A DNA stretch of 64,000 nucleotides, from positions 1,116,001-1,180,000 of the forward strand of contig MU008160.1 in NCBI GenBank assembly GCA_010909165.1, given 5' to 3'. This document shows positions 11,191 through 20,821 of this stretch, one piece after another; positions within the stretch are counted from its first letter, which is position 1; each line of letters starts with the position of its first letter. Under the pieces are notes generated by a model. That model did no database searches. It saw nothing but the letters and a program-made list of their open reading frames with translations, and was not told the DNA's origin. The stretch is from Anthoceros angustus. Lineage: Eukaryota; Plantae; Anthocerotophyta. A program made the translations under genes and the position numbers.

Positions 11191-12880
11191 CAATGTGTGG
11201 TTGCCATGTGACCAGAGACTATTGTAGAGGTGAGACAAGTTGGCTAGCAGCTATCTTGAAACTTGTGAAGGTCTCCATAGCTTGCTGAACTTGAAGGCAT
11301 CTTTGCTTGGAAAAGTGGTAAGCGAGGTCTTGTGGCTAGTGATGCTGCCAACTCATCTGGCAGTGTGGGCAAGAATTTCTCGTCTTGTTGCAACTCATCC
11401 ACCCAGTTGTTGCATTGTTGTAATTGAGATGCACAAGCATGAAGGTGGAAAGTTTCCTCCAATTGTCGAGTTTGGACTTCAGCAACTGCAGCAGTGGCTT
11501 CTTCTCCATGCAAGTTGAGTGGAATTGAAGCCATGACACGTTCCCTATTGGTTGAGGGCACGAGGAATGACTAAAGCTCAATAGTAAACTGTGCAACACT
11601 TACCGCAATGATCAACAAGTGGGAGTGATGAAGTATAGATGGGTATGTGTCGACCATATTTGGGTTTAGGGTTTTAGCCATTAGATATGCTATCATATGG
11701 GTAGTTGATTATTTAAAAGTTGTACCCGTTCATTAGGGTTACGTCCCTAGGTGAATAGACATGCGAGATCTTCTTCTTCTATCCGGTTGTTGGGGTCTCG
11801 AACCTTCCTTAGCGATGGGCATAAGAGCCACATTGAGCAGCGTCCACAAGCAAAGGGCGACCAGCAAAATGTTGAATCAATGCCATATCTAGGTGCATGC
11901 TTGGCTTAGGATCTAGCTGAGCTAGAGTGTTCTCAAGGATATAAGCTAGTTGTGGGGAAACTTGCCAGGCATGTTGCAAACATACCATCAGATATGCAAA
12001 AAGCCCAAAGCGTGGATCATGAAGTCCATCACCCCGTCTCGCAGCTGAAAATCCTTGACACTCCTAGCCTGCAATGATAAGATTCACATGGCCGAGTATT
12101 GTCCAACGGCTAGCTTGAATGAGTCGAACATAAGCTGGAAAATTGGAAAATGCTGCATGTCAAGCACTCGCACATACTTGGCAATTTTGACCCCTGCCCT
12201 CAAAATTGCCTCCAGCTCGGTAGCCATGCCTGCGAATAGCTCAACCAGCACGACTCCATCAATGTGTGGTTGCCATGTGACCAGAGACTATTGTAGAGGT
12301 GAGACAAGTTGGCTAGCAGCTATCTTGAAACTTGTGAAGGTCTCCATAGCTTGCTGAACTTGAAGGCATGCTGCTTGGAAAAGTGGTAACTGAGGTGCTG
12401 TGGTGGCTAGTGATGCTGCCAACTCATCTGGCAGTGTGGGCAAGAATTTCTCGTCTTGTTGCAACTCATCCACCCAGTTGTTGCATTGTTGTAATTGAGA
12501 TGCACAAGCATGAAGGTGGAAAGTTTCCTCCAATTGTCGAGTTTGGACTTCAGCAACTGCAGCAGTGGCTTCTTCTCCATGCAAGTTGAGTGGAATTGAA
12601 GCCATGACACGTTCCCTATTGGTTGAGGGCACGAGGAATGACTAAAGCTCAATAGTGCAACACTTACCGCAATGATCAACAAGTGGGAGTGATGAAGTAT
12701 AGATGGGTATGTGTCGACCATATTTGGGTTTAGGGTTTTAGCCATTAGATATGCTATCATATGGGTAGTTGATTATTTAAAAGTTGTACCCGTTCATTAG
12801 GGTTACGTCCCTAGGTGAATAGACATGCGTGCAGATCTTCTTCTTCTATCCGGTTGTTGGGGTCTCTGAACCTTCCTTAG
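10746..12880. repeat. Tandem duplication, period about 1069 bp
   Basis: 10746-11814 recurs almost exactly from 11815. The ORF 10986-11288 is identical to 12055-12357. Confidence 0.95.
11815..12260 (-). pseudogene. C5 methyltransferase domain, copy 2, truncated in motif VIII
   Basis: Same motifs I, IV and VI as copy 1. Ends at GSYAH, at the duplication junction. Confidence 0.85.
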
Positions 12881-13017
12881 CAGTGGCTGAAAGCATAATC
12901 CCCGAGGTTGTTGGGGTCTCTGCACCTTCCTTAGCAGTGGCTGAAAGCATAATCCCCGACCGAGGTTGTTGGGGTCTCTGCACCTTCCTTAGCAGTGGCT
13001 GAAAGCATAATCCCCGA
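12852..13017. repeat. Tandem repeat, 3 x 54-58 bp
   Basis: Unit ggttgttggggtctctgcaccttccttagcagtggctgaaagcataatccccga starts at 12852, 12906 and 12964. The minus strand reads SGIMLSATAKEGAETPTT. Confidence 0.95.
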
Positions 13018-13535
13018 CCTCCGCCTGGAGGAGGAAACTCTGCAACTATGCAGATTTTGGCTCCCAAGCTTGCATGCTTGATTGATAATGCGATTCATCC
13101 AAGACTTGTACGAATCTATCTCCTGTTGTGGGCTCAGCTTCTCTTTGTGGAATTATTGACTTGTCCATATAAGCAGTCGGATCAACAATGCTATGATTGC
13201 ATGGGCCAGGGTGAAGAGCTCTTGCACATCGTCCTGACATTCCCTGTATTCTCTCTTTCTTGATAATCATGAATGGGGTTGTGATGCCCTCATCGTACTG
13301 CTACTAGTCTATGTACATGTGTATGTAAATACTAAGGTTCTCTATGGTACAGACGTTGATGGACATGGTGACTTGGTGAGTGGAAAGAGAAGACAAGGGA
13401 GGATTCAATGACTTGGCTCTTTCCGGTTAATAATCAATAATAATAAAACTTTACTTATGTCTTAGTGCGAAACGACACTCCTAAACTATAGCCTAGCTTT
13501 TGTGTGTTAGAGATGTCTCTCTTCACAATCTCACT

Positions 13536-13742
13536 CAACTCTAGGCACACAAAGGTTTGCTCCTAGAACTACTAAGTCAGCTTTAGGCACACAAAGGTTT
13601 GCTCCTAGAACTACTAAGTTAGCTCAAGGCACACAAAGGTTTGCTCCTAGAACTACTAAGCCAGCTCTAGGCACACAAAGGTTTGCTCCTAGATCTACTA
13701 AGTCAACTCTAGGTACACAATGGTTTGTTCTTAGGACTACTA
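13536..13742. repeat. Tandem repeat, 5 x 42 bp, probably in an LTR or UTR remnant
   Basis: ggcacacaaaggtttgctcctagaactactaag at 13544, 13586, 13628, 13670 and 13712. Confidence 0.95.
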
Positions 13743-14184
13743 ATAGACTTGACGATTGGATTGGATTCAGATTAGCTTCATCCACTCTCGCCATTCGGTA
13801 GCTCCTACTTAACTTTGGAAATATTATTATGTCATTGACTTCGCTTTCTCAACTACTAACGTGATTATGTCATTGCCATCAATTACTCCAAGAGTTTTCC
13901 TATGTTGTGTGAATAAGTAGGAAGGGACTCAATAAATATATTGACAGTCATCGGTATTTATATAAGCTACCATCACCACTGCCCTTGAAGTAATACTGGC
14001 TTTGTGGAGCTACGTTTTGTACTCCGTGCACGCCGTAACGGGCTTTGGGGTGTTTGCTCTCTTTGTTTGCTATCATCAGGCAGAAGCGGAAGGTGAGGAG
14101 ATGGGTTTCGGGTCCGGGTCCGGTTGCAGCAAGGTCATGAAGGGGTGGCTGTGTGACTGACCAGGGTCCCGTTTGGGCTGGTAG

Positions 14185-14580
14185 ATGCAGGGCAAGGACA
14201 CCAATGAATTCTTCTCGACAGCACGGGGAACAGCTGGAGCTTTCAGGATTGCCTGGGCTTTCTACGCCGCAGCGATTGGGTCATGGGCAATTTACTCCCT
14301 CCCATCCTACGCTTATGGATATTGTGAGCGGTTGGATGTGGCGGGTGTGCTGGGGCTGGGCAAGCCTGCTCTTCTCTTTTACGATCAGCATTAACTCATG
14401 GTTCAACTGTGGAGCAGGTATTGTGGTGCTTGTGTGCTACGCAGTGGGTTGCTGCCTGCCCATTCTGTTGCAGGGTTTCTTTGGCGCCCACATCACCAGG
14501 ACGCTGGCGAACGTCGTGTCCTTCACAGACTTCGTTATCTTCACCAAATGCTTGCCGAGAGGTGTGTGCTCCGTGAGGTA
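14185..14580 (+). pseudogene. Sodium:solute symporter paralog 2, 5' exons
   Basis: QGKDTNEFFSTARGTAGAFRIAWAFYAAAIGSWAIYSLPSYAYGY and LLQGFFGAHITRTLANVVSFTDF are colinear with 2845-3185. Confidence 0.85.
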
Positions 14581-14589
14581 ACTGGGATT

Positions 14590-15630
14590 GCTATACCTCA
14601 ACTTCTGGATGCCCGCCCCGTGCAGGACACAAGCTTGTGGGAATCCTTTTGAACTGGAGAGCCTATGCAAGGAGGGACAGCTTGAAATGGCTCTTCTTGG
14701 AATCCTTTTGAACTGGAGAGCCTATGCAAGGAGGGACAGCTCGAAATGGCTCTTCTTGCTCTTGTCCGCATGCACCAACAAGGAAGTGTACTCCCAGTGG
14801 AAATGTACAGAAACCTACTGCAGGCATGCATGAAAATGAAGGCCCTCGCCGCGGCTAGGTTGGTACATGCACATCTGGCAGAACGTGGGTTGGGGACACT
14901 CAGGTCCAATTGTGGGAGCCTTGCAGATTGGTTGCAACTGTTTCGAGGTCTGCCGCATCGTACTGCTTTCTCTTGGACGCCATCATTCCCGGGTACAGTA
15001 ATGCTGCGAAAGCGCGGGAGGCCCTCTTACGCTGTAGGCAAATATAGCAAGAGGGTGTTCAGCCTGATAGATATTCGTCGGTCAGTTTACTCAAAGCTTG
15101 CAGCAGGTTAGAAGACTTGGAGACGGGCAAGCGGGTTCATGCGGATGTGGTGAGACATGGATGTGATTCAGATGTCTTCGTTGGTACCACCTTGGTTAGC
15201 ATGTATGCCAAGTGCGGAAGTACCTTGGATGCACATGTACATCACGGAACAGGATGATTGCAGCATATGCTCAAGAGGAGCAAGAAGAAAGGGCCTTGCA
15301 AGCCTATTGCCAAACGAAAGAGGATGGAGCTGTGCCAGATGATAGAAAGTTTGTTGGTGCTCTCTAGACATGTGGCACACTTGCAGAACAGGAGGAAACT
15401 GTATTCATGCATGGTCTTTGTATCAGATTGAAGTCTCTTCGTCAGGGAAAGGAACTACATGCTCAAGCTGCTAGAAGGGGCATTGACTCAGACGTCTTCG
15501 TTGGTAGCACTTTGGTCAGCACGTATGCCATTGAACAGGGTGGGAGCATCAGGGATGCTCAATCAGTGTTTGACGGACTGCTGCGCCGCAATGTTGTGTC
15601 GTGAAATGCAATGATTTGGCATACATGTCA
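14590..15630 (+). pseudogene. PLS-class PPR gene 5' fragment A, frameshifted
   Basis: ESLCKEGQLEMALLALVRMHQQG...YRNLLQAC; DSDVFVGSTLVSTYA...SIRDAQSVFDGLLRRNVVS. Contains a 59-bp tandem duplication at 14640-14758. Confidence 0.85.
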
Positions 15631-17326
15631 AGCAAGCAGCTGCCGATAACCTTTTAGTCCCCGATTATTGATCTGAGCATGAAGCTCCATTCCCTGTTGC
15701 AAGTCTCGGATGCTAGCACATGCTCGTAGGAGGGAGGCAAGCATAGCAGGACTGGGCGTGGTGCTCTCCTGTTGCATTCGTGCATGATGACCAAAAGCTT
15801 CCCTACCAAGGCCATGCTCAACATATCCTGTCAGCATGGCATTCCACGTTACGACATCTTTATGAGACATTGTGTCGAACACTCTCTGAGCGTCCTCCAC
15901 ACTTTTACACTTCCACACTTTGCATACATCGCTATGAGGCAATTACCCACAACCACATCCGCTGCGACTCCCCTTTCTTGAATATGCACATGAAGCTGCT
16001 TCCCACGATGTCGATCTTCATAAGGCCACAAGCTTCTAAAACGCTGGCAAACGTGAAATCATTAGGAGTCACACCGTCCTGTAGCATATATACATAGAGA
16101 CTCAGAGCTTCTTGACCAAACCCACGCTCCGCATATCCTGAAATCATGGCTGTCCAGGTGATCACATTCCTTTGGGACAAGCTGCTGAAAACTCCGCGAG
16201 CCTCATCCAGCTCCCCACATTTCGCATACATGTCTACCAGACAGCTACCGACGAATACATCCAGCTCCTCGCCACTTCGCAGTATATCAGCATGAACCTC
16301 CTTCCCAGACGCCAAATCGGCTGCACCAGAACACACTTTCGGGACTACCACATATACATAGTTGTTGGGTTTAACCCCCGACGTCCGCTCCGACGATACA
16401 GTTGCACAGCCTGGGTGAACTGGCCATGCTCAGGAAAGGCTGAGTTGATGGAATGCCACATAAAGATGTCTGGTGCAATCACAACAGACAAGACCTGCAT
16501 GCTTCCTCCAGCTTCCCATGAGAAGCAAACATGCGAATGATGAGTTTGGCCAGGAACGTGTTCGACTCATACCCTCTTCTAAGAGAGAGGGCATGCACAG
16601 GAGTGCCAAGATCCAAATCCCAAGAGATACACCTCTTGAGAACAGGGTAGACGTGAGTGTGGGGAACGAACGAGGATCGCTGCCTTATCTGGAGTCCATC
16701 CCGCTGAACAGGCAAGATGATGGTGGTGGAGAACATCTGCAACTTGCTGCCATGGCTGACTACTCGGAGAACCCACCTGTTGGCATCTGCGGATGTCAAA
16801 GCTGGACAGATCTGCCAGCTGGTGTTCACTACCAGCCTCCACCAGCTGGTGTTCACTACCAGTCTCTACCAGCTGGTCTTCACTACCAGCCTCTACCAGC
16901 TGGTCTTCACTACCCGCCATGGAAGCTCGTAACCTCAAAAGCTTGCTATCAAACAAGGTGCATGCCGCACACCAAGATGCACAAAAATCTGCAGAGGATT
17001 CTAAAACTCCTTTCCCAAGCAAACATCCAACAAAGCACCGCACAAACAACCTGCGTACAAGCCTCCGATCAGCACCAACACTGTGGGGTAATAGGGAAGG
17101 AAATTCCATCGCCCGGATGGCGAGGAGGACTAGATATCCGCTTTGATTTTGTTGTCTTCCATTCATCACGATCGAACCCAGTGGTGGGCGCCTTGGAAGC
17201 GGAGCATGGCCGTGGCATTGGCAGAATTGCTGCCGTGTTCCCCTCCGCTGCCGACGTTGGGTCAGCAGCAGCAGCAGCAGCCGAGCTGCGGATTTTCCTT
17301 TACTGGCAAGCGACGCTGCGTTCCAT
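15630..17326 (-). pseudogene. PLS-class PPR gene 5' fragment B, frameshifted
   Basis: DVFVGSCLVDMYAKCGELDEARGVFSSLSQRNVITWTAMISGYAERG; VEDAQRVFDTMSHKDVVTWNAMLTGYVEHG. A 4 x 27-bp repeat (16815-16913) lies in the N-terminal region. Confidence 0.85.
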
Positions 17327-17331
17327 CTGAG

Positions 17332-17935
17332 ATGGGAGTGTGCAGAGCTTATACCCGGCAGGCTGTTGGTGCTGCAGAGACCGGGGAGGAGCGGCTGTGG
17401 CACCAATTCTTCGTGGATCCCAGGCAGTGGTGGGACAACAGGGCGGACAAGCCCAGTCCCCGCCATCCCGATTAGGCACAAGGTATCCAGGCATGTACTG
17501 TGGCTCAACAGCCGGCTGAAACCGGAATGGGTGGGATTTGCAGCTGGCCAAGTGGGATGCAGGTGCAGGGGATGGGGATGGGGAAAGGGAGGCAATGGTG
17601 GAGAGGCTGAGCAGGAGATGCGAGGATGGGAAGCTGAGCGAGGCTGTGGAAGCGTTGGACGTCCTGGTGCAGCGGGGATGTCGCGTGCCTGACTCTGTTC
17701 TGTATCGTTTGCAGAAGAGGTGCTCGGGAGAGAGACCTGGTGCTGGGTAGGAAAGTGCATTCCATTGCCAGGAATGGCGGGTACGAGAGCGACGCATTTG
17801 TGGCAACCCACATTTTGGGGATGTATGCTGGCCATGGCAAGCAGGAGAATGCAGTTCAGGTGTTCGGGAAAATGGAGGTACCCAATGCCTACATGTGGTC
17901 TTCCATCATTCTGGCACATGCCCGGCTGGACTGTT
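17332..17935 (+). pseudogene. PPR gene 5' fragment C with an N-terminal OSB-type PDF motif
   Basis: ERLWHQFFVDPRQWWDNRADKPSPRHPD-RHKVSRHVLWLNSRLKPEWV (17389-17535), then RLSRRCEDGKLSEAVEALDVL and AVQVFGKMEVPNAYMWSSIILAHARL. Confidence 0.8.
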
Positions 17936-17939
17936 GAGC

Positions 17940-19243
17940 CACAGCCTACCCAAGGTGCTACCACCCAAGGTAGGTGGCACCGAGGTAGGCGGCTGGGCCC
18001 GTGCCACCTACCCAGGTGAGTCACAATCTGTGTGTTTGTTTGCTAGCAATGCTTGCTTACTCGGCAGGGATGATTGTATAACCCATTTTTTAGTGCTGAC
18101 TATGCAGAGTATGCCTCCTTGCCTCTATGCCGATCTCCCTGATATCAGCCTCGTTGTTCAGTGAGGCGATATGGCAGCGCTGTTGAGGATCTGTGAGTGA
18201 CCGAAAATTGAAGCAGGTGCTTTCTGGGGAGCGTGCCGGTAATGCACATGTCCTCTGTATGTTCATTTGATGTTGGGGTTGAGAAAAGGCGATGTGGTTA
18301 AGCAGGAGCACTTAACAGGAGGCTTATCCTCCGCGTACTAGATGATTCTTGTGTGCTTCCTTTTTGGATTCGGTGGGTACCTCGCACCCTGGTCTGGGAA
18401 GTTTGTGCCTTGTGCACTAGATGACTATGGTAACAACATTTTCTTCACAATGCTTAGGAACAGCGATGGAGTCCAGGTGTGGCACTGTCGACCTTGTCGT
18501 TATGAGCTGATGTGTGTAGTTTCAACATATACCGACTGATCGTGTGCAATGCATAACCCCAGCTTATTTGTGTTCCTCTTGCAGTTGGCGTGGGTCACAA
18601 TCGTCGTGGCTATACTCATAGTGATCCTGAGCGAATCCCCAACAGAAAGCTCTCACAAACTGCATTGCAGGCGTGTTTCTGCCCAACCAATCGGTTCTGT
18701 GGAGCCGTCTGTTGATGGTTGTTCTAACGATATCGTGCCTCGTGGTATCCCTCAGGGTAGGCAAAACAATGCCATACCTTGTTGGATCTGTGATCTGTGT
18801 GTGAACGGATAGCAAAAACTGAACCCTACCGTGTCCCTTTGCCCAGGGCTACCATATGACCAGCCTGTTCCTCATCAGCAACATCGTGACAGCCACATCC
18901 GCACACCCCATCACCGGCTACTGGGCTGAGCGTATAGTGACACCTATCTATCGCAACCCTTTGTGGTTGCTCATATCTGTGATTGTCTATTCAGCCATCC
19001 GCAGCAACGCATGGGGCATGAGCGTGTCCAAATCCTTGCATCTTGGCAACGCTCCAAGCTCGACTCCCGGCTGGTTGCAGCAGAAATTGAGATCCCGACA
19101 TGCAAATGTCTGGGAACCCCTTTGCAGCCCAGTGCACTTGCGAAGGCAGAGGCATAGCTTCTTGACAGACGAGCTGGCATCTCTGACAAGGAGCTCAAAG
19201 GGTTTGCTGAAAGAACAGCCATTTTCAAGGAGGAGCCTATGAT
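17940..19243 (+). pseudogene. Sodium:solute symporter paralog 2, 3' exons
   Basis: ATYP/gtgagt junction, LVCFLFGFGGYLAPWSG, AWVTIVVAIL and GYWAERIVTPI are colinear with 3570-4968, and the introns are conserved. Confidence 0.85.
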
Positions 19244-20821
19244 AAGTCCTCACCTGTCCCAGCCAGCCTGAAGTGAAATTCGTGAATCTCCAGCACAAGG
19301 AAAACATGACTCGTGGTTCCATCTGGTCGCTTGCCTGCCCGTGCATGGGCAGAGCTCTCTGAGGGGCGATCTCGTGGGCTTTCACATTGATACCTTGTGG
19401 TCTTTTTAGTGCAACAGTGTCACGCGGAGGTCCTGGATAATCTCGATAAAAAACATGTGGATAGATCTCCACACACACACACCGGGGGAAATGTCCTGTA
19501 TGCGGTTCGGCCTGCGTTTGAGCTTTGCTGGATGGCACCGGGGGGACAGAAGTAGGTATCCCTACTTCAGGCACAAAAACTCCAGGTCCAGGGAGCTGCT
19601 CTTGTCCAAAATTCATTCGTAGATCGCTACACCTAAATTCAATTCGTGAGTGATTTTTGCTGCATCTCATCTTGTTTATTTCCAGCTACCCAATTGCAAC
19701 CAAGGATCGAAGTAGTGCAGGTTCGTCTCCACAAAACTCTTGCAGGGAACGGAGGCAAGCCACCTCCAAGCTCGAGCTCCAGGCAGGTGTCGTAAATCGA
19801 TAGCGACTATCTCGTTCAGCCCACCCCGCATGATGTATACCTCGTCCTGCCCGCCACAACCTTGATCTGCTCTAGGCGGTCTGTCCCATGCTCTCGAAAG
19901 CGACTGTACATGGAGAAGGGCATGAGCGTGTCCAAATCCTTGCATCTTGGCAACGCTCCAAGCTCGACTCCCGGCTGGTTGCAGCAGAAATTGAGATCCC
20001 GACATGCAAATGTCTGGGAACCCTTTGCAGCCCAGTGCACTTGCGAAGGCAGAGGCATAGCTTCTTGACAGACGAGCTGGCATCTCTGACAAGGAGCTCA
20101 AAGGGTTTGCTGAAAGAACAGCCATTTTCAAGGAGGAGCCTATGATAAGTCCTCACCTGTCCCAGCCAGCCTGAAGTGAAATTCGTGAATCTCCAGCACA
20201 AGGAAAACATGACTCGTGGTTCCATCTGGTCGCTTGCCTGCCCGTGCATGGGCAGAGCTCTCTGAGGGCGATCTCGTGGGCTTTCACATTGATACCTTGT
20301 GGTCTTTTTAGTGCAACAGTGTCACGCGGAGGTCCTGGATAATCTCGATAAAAAACATGTGGATAGATCTCCACACACACACACCGGGGGAAATGTCCTG
20401 TATGCGGTTCGGCCTGCGTTTGAGCTTTGCTGGATGGCACCGGGGGGACAGAAGTAGGTATCCCTACTTCAGGCACAAAAACTCCAGGTCCAGGGAGCTG
20501 CTCTTGTCCAAAATTCATTCGTAGATCGCTACACCTAAATTCAATTCGTGAGTGATTTTTGCTGCATCTCATCTTGTTTATTTCCAGCTATGCAACCAAG
20601 GATCGAAGTAGTGCAGGTTCGTCTCCACAAAACTCTTGCAGGGAACGGAGGCAAGCCACCTCCAAGCTCGAGCTCCAGGCAGGTGTCGTAAATCGATAGC
20701 GACTATCTCGTTCAGCCCACCCCGCATGATGTATACCTCGTCCTGCCCCGCCACAACCTTGATCTGCTCTAGGCGGTCTGTCCCATGCTCTCGAAAGCGA
20801 CTGTACATGGAGAAGGGCATG
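19014..20821. repeat. Tandem duplication of about 900 bp bounded by GGGCATG
   Basis: 19014-19917 recurs at 19918-20814. GGGCATG occurs at 19014, 19918 and 20815. Confidence 0.95.

Larger units (their letters stand above)
9560..12830 (-). mobile_element. Decayed, rearranged Ty3/gypsy-type retroelement carrying a cytosine methyltransferase and a PHD finger
   Basis: Integrase core and C-terminal peptides, PHD finger and C5-MTase motifs are all within 3 kb. No RT/RNaseH was recognised and the LTRs are not resolved, so the boundaries are approximate. Confidence 0.75.

Noticed and set aside
11665-11680. Plant telomere-like GGGTTTAGGGTTTT
   Set aside because: Fewer than two full units and no array.
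13536-13742. Regular 42-bp repeats as a CRISPR array
   Set aside because: Units are contiguous with no unique spacers, no cas genes are present, and the context is eukaryotic.
16579-18024. 481-aa minus-strand ORF as a real gene
   Set aside because: It crosses three unrelated segments (symporter, PPR C antisense, PPR B N-terminus) and has no coherent domain. It is an open frame in GC-rich mosaic sequence.
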